From Puniceicoccaceae bacterium (GTDB lineage: Bacteria > Verrucomicrobiota > Verrucomicrobiia > Opitutales > Oceanipulchritudinaceae): a DNA stretch of 64,000 nucleotides. This document shows positions 28,838-40,900 of this stretch, piece after piece. The stretch is taken from contig JBFOMH010000018.1 of assembly GCA_040830765.1 (NCBI GenBank), positions 59,418-123,417 of the forward strand. Direction: 5' to 3'. A program made the position numbers and the translations under genes. The first letter of the stretch is position 1, and every line of letters begins with the position of its first letter. The notes beneath the pieces are model-generated. The model saw nothing but the letters and a program-made list of their open reading frames with translations, made no database searches and was not told the DNA's origin.

Positions 28838-31381
28838 ATGATTATGATACGCGTATTGGTTACCGGCCTGATCGTCGCCCTGACCGGCTCATTCCTCTAT
28901 TCCGGACCCATCATTCTCGACAAGCGGGAACGGGATCGCCTCAAGAAGGAAACCGTCTACGCCATCGACCTCATCCAGCGTTACCACTACAAGCAGAAAA
29001 GCTTTTCGGATATCGATGCCGAGGAACTGCTCCTGCAGTACATCGAGAACCTCGATAGCACGCGGATGTTCTTTCTCCAGGAAGATGTCGACTTCATCAT
29101 CGATCGCTTTGCCGGCACGTTGAAGCCCTCCTACCTTTACGTTGGCGACCTGTACCCGGCCTTTGAAATTTTCAATCTCTACATCGAGCGCGTGGAGGCC
29201 CGTCTCGCGTGGGGCAAGGAACGCCTCACCCAGCCGGTCGACCTCGACGGCCATGATACCTACCTCACGGACCGTGACGAAGCGCCCTGGCCCGCCACCA
29301 TGGAGGAAGCCGACCGCCTCTGGGAGAAGCGGCTTAAGAACGAGCTCATCATGGAGCTTCTCGAGGACGAACCCATGGACAGGGCCCTCGACCGCATCGT
29401 CAAGCGCCGCGAGCGGATGGAAAAATACATCAATGAGATTGAAGTGCACAATGTCCAGGAGACCTTCCTCACTTCCCTGGCCCAGCTTTACGATCCGCAC
29501 AGCAACTTCTTTTCCTGGGACTCTGCCCAGGAGTTCGATATTCAGATCAGCAATGCACTGGTGGGCATAGGTGCCCAACTGCGAGACGTTGATGGATATT
29601 GCGTTATTGAACGACTCCTGCCGGGAGGTCCTGCCGAAATGGCCGGTAAGCTGCACCCCGGGGACAAGATTGTCGCCGTCGGCCAGGGTGAGACCGAACC
29701 GATCGATGTGGTCGGGATGAAGCTGCGCAAGATCGTCCAGATGATCCGGGGCGAAGCGGGTACCGAGGTGCGCCTCACCGTCATTCCTGCCCATTCAGCC
29801 AAGCGCAAGGTTATCTCCCTCGTTCGCGAGAAAGTTGAACTGACCGCCAACCTGGCCAATGCCGACCTCTACGAGATTCCCGCCGAAAATGGAAACATCA
29901 AGCGCATCGGGGTCATTGAGCTGCCTTCATTCTATGGCGAAGGGGCTTTTGGTGAAGGGACCATCAGCACCTCCCGGGACGTCGAGGAGCTGATCAATAA
30001 ACTGAAGGATCAGGATGTTGAAGGGATTGTCCTGGACCTCCGCAACAACGGCGGTGGCCGTCTTGATGAAGCCATCAAGCTGACGGGATTGTTCATTTCC
30101 CAAGGTCCGGTGGTCATGAAGCGGAGCTTTGACGGCGAAGTTGAAGAGGACTGGGACCGTGACCAGAAAGTTGCCTGGGACGGTCCACTGGTAGTTCTTG
30201 TTTCCCGCGCCAGCGCCTCCGCGAGCGAAATCGTTGCCGGCGCGCTGCAAAGCCTGGACAGGGCCATCGTGGTCGGTGACGAATCCACCCATGGCAAAGG
30301 TACTGTGCAGGCCCCTATTGATCTCCGCAGCACAATGCGAGCCCTCCCCTTCTCGGAAACCCTCGAGGTCGGCACGGTCAAGATCACAGTCCAGCAATTC
30401 TATCTGCCCAATGGCGACTCCACGCAGAACCGCGGGGTGATTTCCGACATTTCCCTCCCCTCTGCCAACATGTTCCTCTTCGACGGGGAGGCCGATCTGG
30501 ACAACGCCCTCTCATGGGACCACATTTCCCCGATCATCTACCAGCTTCCGGAGCGGAGTAATCCCGACTTCACCCTGGTCCAGAACAAGCTGCTCGAATC
30601 CTTGAACGCAAAGTCCCGCCAGCGGCAGGAATTGTCTGAGGAATTCGAATTCCTGAAGGAAAATATCGCCTGGTACAAGGAGCGGCACGACATGAAGTAC
30701 GTCTCCCTGAACCTTGAGGAACGCCGGAAGGAAAAGGAAGAGTTGGAAGACATCCGGGACCGCTTTGAAGACATTCGCAACAACCTCAGCGAAGAATTGG
30801 CTTACGAGGTCGAGTCGGTGAAGCTCGAATTGACCAAGCTGAAGGAGGAGGCCCATCAGGATAAGCTCGCCTCAACACCGCTTCCAGGAGGCCGCGAACG
30901 GGCCAACCAGTTCTACCAGAAAGTATTCTACTACCAGGAAGCTCCCGGTGAGAAAATCCACGAGATTTGGGTCGAATACTTTGATTACGACAAGGCCCTT
31001 GAGGAAAGCGAAGCCCTTGCCGCCACCCTACAGGAGGCATCTGGAATCGAACTCAGCAAGGAGGACACGGAAGAAATCCTGACCCGATTCAAGAACAAGG
31101 ACCGCGGGACCGATTTCAATGTCCTCGATCCCTTCACAGCAGTGCTGGGTGAGGACATCGACAAGCCAGCGCTCCTCGAGGCCATGCCGGCCTTCTTTAC
31201 CAAGTTGGTGGAAATCGATCCGGATATCCTCTTGGAACGGTCAAAGCTCGATATTCCATTGCGGGAAAGTCTCCGTATTGTCCGAGACTGGATCGAAATC
31301 GATTCGCCACTCAACCCGACTCAGATCGCCAACGTAGTCTCCATCGACGACGAGACCGAGGATACGGCAGCAACTCCCTAG
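28838..31381 (+). CDS. prc: Carboxy-terminal processing protease (S41A, Prc/Tsp type)
   Basis: YDPHS, GIGA, PDZ domain, DLRNNGGG, SASASEI, GKGTVQ, STQNRGV.SDI. Start uncertain (28796/28838/28844). Confidence 0.9.
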   Translation: MIMIRVLVTGLIVALTGSFLYSGPIILDKRERDRLKKETVYAIDLIQRYHYKQKSFSDIDAEELLLQYIENLDSTRMFFLQEDVDFIIDRFAGTLKPSYLYVGDLYPAFEIFNLYIERVEARLAWGKERLTQPVDLDGHDTYLTDRDEAPWPATMEEADRLWEKRLKNELIMELLEDEPMDRALDRIVKRRERMEKYINEIEVHNVQETFLTSLAQLYDPHSNFFSWDSAQEFDIQISNALVGIGAQLRDVDGYCVIERLLPGGPAEMAGKLHPGDKIVAVGQGETEPIDVVGMKLRKIVQMIRGEAGTEVRLTVIPAHSAKRKVISLVREKVELTANLANADLYEIPAENGNIKRIGVIELPSFYGEGAFGEGTISTSRDVEELINKLKDQDVEGIVLDLRNNGGGRLDEAIKLTGLFISQGPVVMKRSFDGEVEEDWDRDQKVAWDGPLVVLVSRASASASEIVAGALQSLDRAIVVGDESTHGKGTVQAPIDLRSTMRALPFSETLEVGTVKITVQQFYLPNGDSTQNRGVISDISLPSANMFLFDGEADLDNALSWDHISPIIYQLPERSNPDFTLVQNKLLESLNAKSRQRQELSEEFEFLKENIAWYKERHDMKYVSLNLEERRKEKEELEDIRDRFEDIRNNLSEELAYEVESVKLELTKLKEEAHQDKLASTPLPGGRERANQFYQKVFYYQEAPGEKIHEIWVEYFDYDKALEESEALAATLQEASGIELSKEDTEEILTRFKNKDRGTDFNVLDPFTAVLGEDIDKPALLEAMPAFFTKLVEIDPDILLERSKLDIPLRESLRIVRDWIEIDSPLNPTQIANVVSIDDETEDTAATP

Positions 31382-31957
31382 TCAGATACTGGTGGCCAAC
31401 TCCGCGCAGGCAGCATGACGCGGGCAGCTCAGGATGTGATCATTGACCATTCCCGTCGCTTGCATGTGTGCATAACAGATGGTCGTGCCGAAAAACTTGA
31501 ACCCGCGCTGCTTCATATCCTTGCTGATGGCATCGGAGAGTGGGGTTGAAGCAGGTAATTCCTTCATCGAGCGAAACGTGTTCTGAATCGGCTGTCCGTC
31601 CACAAATTGCCAGATGTAGGCCGCGAAACTGCCAAAGGCCTCCTGGATTTCAAGGAAGCAACGGGCATTGCTAACCGCGGAAGCAACCTTGAGCCGGTTC
31701 CGGATAATCCCCTCGTCGCCAAGGAGTCGCTGCTCGTCCTTGCTGGTGAAGCGGGCCACCTTTTCCGGGTCGAATTCGGCAAAGGCGCGGCGATAATATT
31801 CCCGGCGGCGCAGGATTGTCAGCCAGGACAACCCGGCCTGGGCTCCTTCAAGAAGGACAAACTCAAAGAGGACCCGGTCATCGAAGCAGGGCACGCCCCA
31901 CTCCGTGTCATGATAATCCTCATACAAGTCATTCCCCCGGCACCAGTCGCACTTCAT
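31382..31957 (-). CDS. tag: DNA-3-methyladenine glycosylase I
   Basis: YHDTEWG, LEGAQAGLSW, IIRNRLK, GFKFFG.TI.YA.MQA.G.VNDH. Confidence 0.95.
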   Translation of the reverse strand: MKCDWCRGNDLYEDYHDTEWGVPCFDDRVLFEFVLLEGAQAGLSWLTILRRREYYRRAFAEFDPEKVARFTSKDEQRLLGDEGIIRNRLKVASAVSNARCFLEIQEAFGSFAAYIWQFVDGQPIQNTFRSMKELPASTPLSDAISKDMKQRGFKFFGTTICYAHMQATGMVNDHILSCPRHAACAELATSI

Positions 31958-33621
31958 ACGGCTTTCCTCAACGATTTAAGCATTCCACTCATCCAAGCTC
32001 CAAGGCCAACTAAAAGGGCACAAAATCCGACAAACCAGTCTCCCATCTGGACATAGGGGGAAAAGCGGTTGGCCCACCAGCTACTGCGACTGAACGGCAC
32101 AACTTCCACGCCCTGGAAATAGATGGAAGCGTTATTGTCCAGCATGACATGGCGAATATGCCCGTACTCGTCGATCCATCCACTCCAACCGGCATTGCCG
32201 CATCGCACCACCGGGCGCCGAGTCTCCACTGCCCGAAGAACCGAATGGGCGGCATGTTGCCAGGCGCCTGCCTTTTCCCCGAACCAGGCGTTATTGGTTG
32301 CCACGTAGTGCCAGTCAGCACCTGCCAGGGTGTTGGCCCGGGCAAGGCCGGGAAAGATGTCCTCGTAGCAAACAAGGTTGCCGATCTGTCCAGCATCCAG
32401 CTCCGGGGCACGCGGCTCCAGGAGATTGACTGACGTACCGGGATGGAATGTTCCCTCGATGGGAACCATTTTCTCCACAAAGGGCAAATAGCGGCTCAAG
32501 GGGACGTATTCCCCGAAGGGAACCAGTCGCCTCTTGGCGTAATAGGTGTCGACATCAACCCCGGTCTCCGGGTCGACCCAGAAGACGGCATTATACCACT
32601 TGGTCTCTCTACTGGTAGTTCCACTCTCACGGGAGATGTTTCCAACCAGCATGGGTAGGTTAAGCTCAGTGGACAACGACTCGACCCACTGGCGCATGGA
32701 AGCGTTGCCCTTCAACGGCAACGGCGTTGGTGCCTCCGGCCAGAGGAGCAGATCCGGATCAAGGAAACTGGCATAGGTGGAGAGGTCCTTCAGGAGTTGG
32801 AGGTTCTCCCGCACCAGCTGAGGATTCCACTTTTGCATCACCCCGACATTGGGTTGGATGAAGGCCAGTCTGGGGCCCTCAATCCGTCCCCGGTTCCCGG
32901 CGCCGGAACTGTTCAGGCCATAGCCAATGGCAAAGAGTAAGACCACGAGGGCGAGGTAGAACTCCATGGAGAGCCGCTTCATCCAGCTCTCCTTGCGCTT
33001 GAACCAGAGCGTGTGCAGGTAAAAAGCCAGGCCGGCATTAAACATGACCAGTACGAAGGAGATGCCGGCGCCACCCGTCAGGGAGGCAATTTGCAGCAGC
33101 AGGGGCCGCTGCCACTGGCTGGCCGACAAGGGCAACCAGGGAAAGCCGGTAAAGATGAATCCCCGCACCCATTCCAAGACCACCCACAAGCCGGCGATAC
33201 CCAACATGGCTGCCAAACGTGTATACACCGGCCGGTCCTTGACCAACCGGACCGTTCGCAGGGCGACCATCACCCATGCCCACCAGAAAAGTCCGAGTAT
33301 TGCCGCCAATGCCACCGTGATGAACCACCCCAGTAGCCCGGCGAAGGGCATATCCAGCGCAGAGGTGCAGTTCCTCAACCAGGAAATCAGGTACAGCCAG
33401 GAAAGCCAGCCACTGATGTAGATGAGAAGGCCCTCTCGCTTTGCGGGCTGCCCAAACAGGCCCCATAAGAGGAACGGCAAGGCAAAAACATATGCCGCCT
33501 CGGGGAGACGGAAAGGGGGAAAGGCCAGCGCATATAAAACCGCGCCTGCCAGGCAGGCGATCAGCCCTTGCCAACCAGCTGCCAGCCCTCTTCCTTGACC
33601 AGTCGCTCCGCCTTCTTCCAC
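31954..33621 (-). CDS. lnt: Apolipoprotein N-acyltransferase
   Basis: LAFPP, TGFPW, QPNV, WPEA, K..LVPFGEY, CYED, TNNAWF, NAG.S. GTG start preceded by AGGAG. Confidence 0.92.
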   Translation of the reverse strand: MEEGGATGQGRGLAAGWQGLIACLAGAVLYALAFPPFRLPEAAYVFALPFLLWGLFGQPAKREGLLIYISGWLSWLYLISWLRNCTSALDMPFAGLLGWFITVALAAILGLFWWAWVMVALRTVRLVKDRPVYTRLAAMLGIAGLWVVLEWVRGFIFTGFPWLPLSASQWQRPLLLQIASLTGGAGISFVLVMFNAGLAFYLHTLWFKRKESWMKRLSMEFYLALVVLLFAIGYGLNSSGAGNRGRIEGPRLAFIQPNVGVMQKWNPQLVRENLQLLKDLSTYASFLDPDLLLWPEAPTPLPLKGNASMRQWVESLSTELNLPMLVGNISRESGTTSRETKWYNAVFWVDPETGVDVDTYYAKRRLVPFGEYVPLSRYLPFVEKMVPIEGTFHPGTSVNLLEPRAPELDAGQIGNLVCYEDIFPGLARANTLAGADWHYVATNNAWFGEKAGAWQHAAHSVLRAVETRRPVVRCGNAGWSGWIDEYGHIRHVMLDNNASIYFQGVEVVPFSRSSWWANRFSPYVQMGDWFVGFCALLVGLGAWMSGMLKSLRKAV

Positions 33622-36572
33622 TTTAACTCCTGCTTCTCCGGACCCCGTTGGATGACAACCACCTCGTTCCGGCCCGGTTCGTTCGCAATGCGCACGGGTG
33701 CCCGCTTGACCTTGGGCAGCTGGACCTTGCCTCCGCTCCCACCTGCGGGAGCCTCCGCAGCGGAACCCGGATCCCCATCAGGACCGGAAGGTCCCTGCTC
33801 GCGTGCCCGCTGGCGCAACTGAGCAACCATCCTTTCAAAGGCTTGAGCGTTGGTCACACTCCGGAAAATGCCGGCACAGACATCCGACCGCACACTCCCC
33901 ATCATCGTGTTGAAATAGACAAAGGCCTCGTTCTTGTACTCGACGAGGGGGTCCTTTTGGCCGTAGCCACGCAGCCCCACGCTTTGCCGAAGATCTTCCA
34001 TCTCTGTCAGGTGATTCTGATAGTGGCGATCGATGGTGCTGATCAGGACAATCCGCTCCAGCTGCTTCAAGGCAACTGGATCCTCAGCATCCTCCTTTAC
34101 CTTGTAGGCTTCATGGATTCGCTCCAGGACCTTGCCGATAACTTCATCAGCGCTGAGACCCTGCATTTGCTCCAGGGTGAGGCGAATCGGGAAAGTCTGC
34201 ATGGCCCAGCTGAAAAAGCTTTCCAAGGCTTCCTCCTCGACGCCCTGCTTTCCGGAGAAAAGGCCCAAGTCACCAGCCTTCTCATCCAGTTCCTCCTCGA
34301 TCAGCTCAAAGATAAGGCTCTTCGGCTCATCGCTATGGATGGCGTCGTGACGCAGCCCGTAGATGACCTCGCGCTGCTGGGAGCCAACATCGTCATACTG
34401 CAGGAGGCGCTTACGGATGGAATAGTGATGCTGTTCGACCGTCTTCTGGGCCCGCTCGATCATCGTATTGAGCCAGCGGTGCTCCAGCGGCTGCCCTTCC
34501 TCGAAGGAACTCTCCAGTAACTTGCCGGCGCTGCCCTGACTGTAGAGGCGCATCAGCTCGTCTTCCAGAGAGAGGAAAAAGCGGCTCTTGCCGGGGTCGC
34601 CCTGACGGGCACAACGACCGCGCAACTGCCGGTCAATTCGGCGGGAGGTATGCCGTTCCGTGCCGATGACATAGAGCCCGCCAAGCTCCGGAACCCCGTC
34701 GCCTAGCTTAATGTCGGTACCCCGGCCAGCCATGTTGGTGGCAATGGTGACGGCACCCCGCTGACCTGCGCGGGAGACAATTTCCGCCTCCTGGGCATGG
34801 TATTTGGCATTGAGGACGCTGTGGGGGATCTTGGCCCGCTTGAGCATGCGGCTCAGGACTTCGGAGGAGTCGACGGAGACAGTACCCACCAGGCAGGGCT
34901 GGCCCCGCTTGTTCGCTTCCTCGATTTCCTCAAGGACCGCATTGTACTTTTCGCGGCGGGTCTTGAAGATGATGTCGTTATCATCGACGCGGATGTTCGG
35001 CTTGTTGGTCGGGATGACCATCACCGAGAGGCTGTAGATGTCCTTGAACTCATTGGCCTCGGTTTCCGCCGTACCGGTCATGCCGGCCAGCTTCTCGTAA
35101 AGCCGGAAATAGTTTTGCAGGGTGATCGTGGCAAAGGTCTTGGACTCCTTTTCGATCTGCACCCCTTCCTTTGCTTCAACTGCCTGGTGAAGTCCGTCGG
35201 ACCAGCGACGGCCCGGCATGACACGACCGGTATTCTCATCCACGATCATAACCTTGCCTTCCTGGACAACATACTCCACGTCCCGCTCGTAGAGACTGTA
35301 GGCACGCAGGAGCTGGCTCAGGATATGGATCTCCTCACTGGTCTTCTCGAACCCGGTCTGCTTTTCAGCCTTCAGCTTGGCCTTTTCCTTGTCATCGATG
35401 TCCTCCCGCTTGTCGATTTCCATGTAGAGGGTCGGCAAGTCGGGCAGCGTAAAGGCTTCCTCGTCGTCCGGGCGCAGCAGGTTGCGGCCCTTTTCTGTCA
35501 GGTCGCTGCTGCGCTGCTTTTCATCAAGGGTGTAATAAAGATCCTCCTTGAGGGCGTACTTGTGCCGCTTGTTGTAGTCGGCACTCATCTCAAGGTCGTA
35601 GGCATCGAATTCCTTGCGGATTGGACCCTCCTCCAGCAAGCGGAGCAGCACCTTGTTCTTCGGCATCCCCAGTTTCACCTGAAGCATCTTTTCCAAGGCC
35701 TCGGTATGGTCGGCCTCCGGGTCCCTCATGATGGTCTTGGCATCATTGATGAGACGGTTGCAAAGGCGCGTCTGCTCGCGGTCCAGTTTCTGTACTTGCG
35801 GCTTTAGACTAAGGAACGGTGCGGATGAGTCGTCGGCAACCGGTCCGGAAATGATAAGCGGTGTCCGGGCCTCATCGACAAGGATGGAGTCCACCTCATC
35901 AATGATACAGAAGTAATGGTCCTTCTGCACCTGGGCCTCGCGGCTGGTCGCCATTCCATTGTCACGCAGGTAATCAAAGCCAAACTCACTCGCAGTGCCA
36001 TAGGTGATGTCGCAGTTGTACATCTCCCGCTTTTCGTCGTTGTTCTGTTGGTGGCCACCCTTGATGACACCCACCGACAGTCCGAGAAACTTGTACAGGT
36101 GACCCATCCATTCGGCATCCCGCTGGGCGAGGTATTCGTTCACCGTGACCAGCTGGGCACCTCGTCCTGTCAGGGCATTGAGGTATAGCGGCAGGGTGGC
36201 AACGAGTGTCTTCCCTTCCCCGGTGGCCATTTCCGCGATGGAGTTCTGGTGCAGGGAAATACCGCCAATCAACTGCACGTCATAGTGGACCATGTTCCAG
36301 GTGTCCTTGACCCCGACATACTCGATCTCCTGACCACAGAGGCGGCGGGCCGCGTTTTTCACGACCGCAAAGGCTTCCGGAAGGAGGTCCTCCAAGGTTT
36401 CACCGTCCTTGTGGCGTTGACGGAACTCGCCGGTCTTGGCGCGTAATTGCTCGTCGCTCAATTGCTGGTACTCGACCTCAAGCACATTGATGCGGTCAAC
36501 CAGTGGCATCGCCTTTTTCAGGAAACGCCGGTAGTGACTGCCGGAAAATCGTTTGAACAGCTGGGAAATCAT
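33561..36572 (-). CDS. secA: Preprotein translocase ATPase SecA
   Basis: [65 protein letters not shown]. Confidence 0.97.
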   Translation of the reverse strand: MISQLFKRFSGSHYRRFLKKAMPLVDRINVLEVEYQQLSDEQLRAKTGEFRQRHKDGETLEDLLPEAFAVVKNAARRLCGQEIEYVGVKDTWNMVHYDVQLIGGISLHQNSIAEMATGEGKTLVATLPLYLNALTGRGAQLVTVNEYLAQRDAEWMGHLYKFLGLSVGVIKGGHQQNNDEKREMYNCDITYGTASEFGFDYLRDNGMATSREAQVQKDHYFCIIDEVDSILVDEARTPLIISGPVADDSSAPFLSLKPQVQKLDREQTRLCNRLINDAKTIMRDPEADHTEALEKMLQVKLGMPKNKVLLRLLEEGPIRKEFDAYDLEMSADYNKRHKYALKEDLYYTLDEKQRSSDLTEKGRNLLRPDDEEAFTLPDLPTLYMEIDKREDIDDKEKAKLKAEKQTGFEKTSEEIHILSQLLRAYSLYERDVEYVVQEGKVMIVDENTGRVMPGRRWSDGLHQAVEAKEGVQIEKESKTFATITLQNYFRLYEKLAGMTGTAETEANEFKDIYSLSVMVIPTNKPNIRVDDNDIIFKTRREKYNAVLEEIEEANKRGQPCLVGTVSVDSSEVLSRMLKRAKIPHSVLNAKYHAQEAEIVSRAGQRGAVTIATNMAGRGTDIKLGDGVPELGGLYVIGTERHTSRRIDRQLRGRCARQGDPGKSRFFLSLEDELMRLYSQGSAGKLLESSFEEGQPLEHRWLNTMIERAQKTVEQHHYSIRKRLLQYDDVGSQQREVIYGLRHDAIHSDEPKSLIFELIEEELDEKAGDLGLFSGKQGVEEEALESFFSWAMQTFPIRLTLEQMQGLSADEVIGKVLERIHEAYKVKEDAEDPVALKQLERIVLISTIDRHYQNHLTEMEDLRQSVGLRGYGQKDPLVEYKNEAFVYFNTMMGSVRSDVCAGIFRSVTNAQAFERMVAQLRQRAREQGPSGPDGDPGSAAEAPAGGSGGKVQLPKVKRAPVRIANEPGRNEVVVIQRGPEKQELKWKKAERLVKEEGWQLVGKG

Positions 36573-36683
36573 TGCAAAAAGGAGGAAATTGAAGATTCCC
36601 GGCCCGGATGGCAACTGAAACAAGCCCCTTCTTTTACCCTGGTCTTGGGAATGGTCAGGGTCCAATTACCGGGCTTCCGGAAA

Positions 36684-37814
36684 CTATTCCCCTGAATGAT
36701 AGCGGTCTATCCAATCCAGATGCCATTGCGCATAATCACCCGCCTCGATGTGGTCCCTCGCCTGCCGCATTAAATCCAGATAGAAGCGGACATTATGAAT
36801 CGACAAAAGGACTCCTCCAAGCATCTCCCCGGAAGTGATCAAATGCCGGATGTAAGACCGGCTGAAAGAGCCAGTTGGTACATCCGTGAACGCTTCCATC
36901 AATGGATGCGGGTCGTCCTTGAAGCGGTTGTTTTTCAAGTTCAGCTTCCCGTTCGGGGTATAGGCGATTCCATGCCGTGCCTCCCGCGTCGGCATGACGC
37001 AATCAAACATGTCCGCACCACAGGCAATCATCTTCAGCAGCTGTGGTGGCGTTCCCACGCCCATAACATAGCGGGGCTTGTTCTCCGGCAGCTCCTCCGT
37101 ACACCAGCCCACCTGCGGGATCATGGCCTCCTCCGGTTCGCCGACGCTGACCCCGCCAATGGCATAGCCGGGAAAGTCCATCGCCACAAGCTCCCGGGCG
37201 CAGGAACGGCGCAAATCCTCGTGCCGCGACCCCTGGACGATGCCAAATACATGGTGCCCTTTATCCAGGACTCCAATCTCCCCGGCATAGGCCCTTGCCT
37301 CCGCTGCCCAGCGCAGCGTCCGCTCAACTGCCGCCTCGCAGGTTGGCCTGTCGGAATCCGCCGCCGGACATTCATCAAGCACCATGGCAATGTCCGAGCC
37401 CAGGTTGGCCTGGATGTCTATGACCCGTTTCGGGGTCAGGATAACTTCACGGCCGTCCAGATGCGACTGGAACCGGATGCCGTCATCCCGGATCTTCCGT
37501 AACTTGGCCAAGCTGTAGACCTGAAAGCCGCCACTGTCGGTGAGAATGGGCCGATCCCAGCCCATGAAGCTGTGTAAGCCCCCCATCTGGCCAATCAGTT
37601 CCGAGGTCGGCCGCAGATTCAGGTGGTAGGTGTTACCCAGGATGATTTGCGCCCCCGCGCCCTTCAACTGTTCCGGCAGAAGCCCCTTGACCGTGCCTTG
37701 AGTTCCCACCGGCATGAAAATCGGCGTCTCCACCACCCCATGGAGCGTGCGCAGCCGCCCCCGCCGCGGGCCTGCCACCCCCTCTGTCTTGACCAGCTCG
37801 AATGCGGTTTCCAT
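36684..37814 (-). CDS. tgt: tRNA-guanine(34) transglycosylase
   Basis: TPIFMPVGT, NTYHL, TDSGGFQ, FGIVQG, GGVSVGE, DMFDCVMPTR. Confidence 0.96.
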   Translation of the reverse strand: METAFELVKTEGVAGPRRGRLRTLHGVVETPIFMPVGTQGTVKGLLPEQLKGAGAQIILGNTYHLNLRPTSELIGQMGGLHSFMGWDRPILTDSGGFQVYSLAKLRKIRDDGIRFQSHLDGREVILTPKRVIDIQANLGSDIAMVLDECPAADSDRPTCEAAVERTLRWAAEARAYAGEIGVLDKGHHVFGIVQGSRHEDLRRSCARELVAMDFPGYAIGGVSVGEPEEAMIPQVGWCTEELPENKPRYVMGVGTPPQLLKMIACGADMFDCVMPTREARHGIAYTPNGKLNLKNNRFKDDPHPLMEAFTDVPTGSFSRSYIRHLITSGEMLGGVLLSIHNVRFYLDLMRQARDHIEAGDYAQWHLDWIDRYHSGE

Positions 37815-37862
37815 GCCGTCCCTTCTCACACTCCTTTCTCCCAATGGCAAGCATCCCTGTGC

Positions 37863-37904
37863 TTGACATTGCATCATCCCATCATGATATGATGATTTTA
37901 TGAT
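37863..37904 (+). promoter_or_regulatory. Putative metH promoter overlapped by tandem 8-bp palindromic boxes
   Basis: TTGACA at 37863-37868; extended -10 TGnTATGAT at 37885-37893; boxes ATCATCCC/ATCATGAT/ATGATGAT/TTTATGAT at 37873-37904. Confidence 0.5.
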
Positions 37905-40900
37905 TATGAGCGAGGTGGAGAAGCAGCTGCGAACGCTGCTGGCGGAACGGATCGTCATCCTGGACGGGGCCATGGGGACCCAGATCCAGAATTACAAGCT
38001 GGACGAGGAGGCATTCCGCGGGGAGCGCTTTGAGGCGCACGAGAAACCGCTGAAGGGGAACAACGATATACTTGTCCTCACCTCCCCGGAGACCATAGCT
38101 GCGGTACATACCGGCTTTCTTGAAGCGGGAGCGGACATCATTGAGACCAACACCTTCAATGCCAACAGCATCTCACAGGCAGACTATGGGTTGGAGTCGG
38201 TTGTTCGTGAAATGAACCAGGCAGCGGCTGAACTGGCCGTGCAAGCCCGTAAAGAATACAAGGCACAGCATGGCGAACGCCCCATTTTCATTGCCGGGGG
38301 CATCGGACCGACCAACCGGACAGCCTCGCTCTCCCCGGACGTCAGCAACCCGGGTCACCGGGGCGTAACCTTTGAAGGCCTCCGGGAAGCCTACAAGGAA
38401 CAGGCGGAAGGCCTGGCCGATGGAGGGGTGGACATATTTCTCGTCGAGACCATCTTCGATACCCTCAATGCCAAGGCCGCCATTTTTGCCTTGGAGGAAC
38501 TTTTCGCTGACCGCGGCCGTCGCTGGCCGGTAATGCTTTCAGTCACCATTACGGATGCCTCCGGCCGGACCCTTTCCGGGCAGACTCTGGAGGCGTTCTG
38601 GAACAGTGTCAGCCATGCCCGGCCACTTGCGGTTGGTATCAACTGTGCCCTCGGGGCCAAGGAAATGGCCCCCTACATTGATGAGCTGTCGCGCATCGCG
38701 GACACCCATGTCAGCTGTTATCCCAACGCGGGCCTGCCGAATGCCTTCGGGGAATATGATGACACCCCTGAGCACATGGCCTCGGTGTTGGAAGACTTCG
38801 CCAGCGAAGGTTGGCTCAACATTGTCGGCGGATGCTGCGGCTCCACACCGGACCATATCGCGGAAATCGCCCGCCAGGTTGGCAAGCATGCACCCCGCAA
38901 GATACCGGAAATTGCACCGGCCTCCCGCTACAGCGGACTGGAACCAGCCCGGATCCAGGACGGGGACGCCTCCTTTTTCATTGTGGGGGAACGCACCAAC
39001 GTCATGGGCTCCCCGCGCTTCCGCAAGCTGATCAAGGAGGGCGACTTCGATGAAGCCCTTGAGGTCGCGCGTCAGCAGGTCGAAAACGGGGCCAATATGA
39101 TCGATATCAACTTCGACGAGGGCCTTCTCGATGCGGAGGAATGCATGCGGACCTTCCTCAACCTGCTGGCGGCGGAACCGGACATCGCCCGCGTACCGAT
39201 CATGATTGACTCCTCCAAGTGGTCCGTCATCGAGATCGGCCTGCAGTGCATCCAGGGTAAGGGGGTCGTCAATTCCATCAGCCTGAAAGAGGGGGAGGAG
39301 ACATTCCTGAAGCAGGCGGCATTGATCAAGCAGTATGGGGCAGCCGTCGTGGTCATGGCATTTGACGAGGAAGGCCAGGCAACCTCAATCAACGACAAGA
39401 TCCGGATTTGCAAGCGGGCCTATGACCTGCTGGTCGACAAGGCCGGCTTCAATCCGGCGGACATCATTTTTGATCCCAACATCCTCACGGTTGCTACTGG
39501 AATTGAGGAACACAATGCCTACGCCTTGAACTTCATCGAGGCGACTACTGAAATCAAACGCATCTGCCCGCATGCCCGGATCAGTGGTGGTGTATCGAAT
39601 ATTTCATTCTCCTTTAGGGGAAACAACATCGTCCGGGAGGCCATGCACAGTGTGTTTCTCTACCATGCCATCCAGGCAGGTCTGGACATGGCCATTGTCA
39701 ACGCCGGGATGCTGGCCGTCTACGAGGACATCGAGCCGCAACTGAGGGACCGGATTGAGGATGTCATCCTGAACCGCAACGAGGAAGCGACCGATGCCCT
39801 GATTGCCATGGCGGAAGGCTTCAAGGGCCAGAAAAGCGCCGAGAGGGAAAGTGACAAGCTGGCCTGGCGCGAGGGAACCGTCCAGGAACGGATCGAGTAT
39901 GCTGTGCGGCACGGCCTGGTTGAATTTATCGAGGCGGATACCGAAGAAGCCAGGCAGGCCTATGACCGGCCCCTGGAGGTCATCGAGGGCCCGCTCATGG
40001 ATGCCATGCAGGTGGTCGGCGACTTGTTCGGCGAAGGGAAGATGTTCCTTCCCCAGGTGGTCAAGAGTGCCCGTGTCATGAAGCGGGCCGTCGCCTGGCT
40101 GACCCCCTTCATGGAAAAGGAGAAGGCCGAGCGGAACGCACGCCTGGCGGCGGAAGCCGAGGCCAAGGGAGAAGACTTCAATCCTGACAAGGAATCAGCC
40201 GGGGACATCGTCCTCGCGACCGTCAAAGGGGATGTGCATGACATCGGGAAAAATATCGTGGGTGTGGTCCTTGCCTGCAATAACTACACCGTGCACGACA
40301 TGGGTGTGATGGTTCCCTGCGAGCGCATCGTCCAGAAGGTCAAGGACGTCAAGGCGGACATTGTCGGACTGAGCGGACTGATCACTCCGTCCCTCGACGA
40401 AATGGTCCACAATGCCCACATATTTGCCCGCGAGGGAATCGACATTCCCCTTTTGATCGGGGGAGCGACAACCTCCAAGGCCCACACGGCGGTCAAGATC
40501 GAGCCCGAATACAAGGGAGCCGTCCGGCATGTACCGGATGCCTCGCGCGTGGTCGGGGTTTGCTCGCGCCTGCTGAATCCGGAAACCCGGGAGGAGGCCG
40601 TCGCTGAAGCCCGTGCGGAAAACCAGAAGCATCGCGAGCGCTACGAGAAGAGCCGCAACCAGTCAGTCAAGCTCTTGAGCCTGGAGGAGGCGTCTGCGGA
40701 TGCTCCCACCTTCGATTGGGACAGCATCGATGTTCCCGTCCCGGAAAAGACCGGTCTGCAGGTATGGGATAACGTTTCCGTGGAAAAACTGGTCCCTTTC
40801 ATCGACTGGTCACCCTTCTTCTGGACCTGGGAACTGCGGGGTGTTTTCCCAAAGATCCTCAGCAACCCGAAATATGGTGAGGAGGCAACGCGGTTGCATG

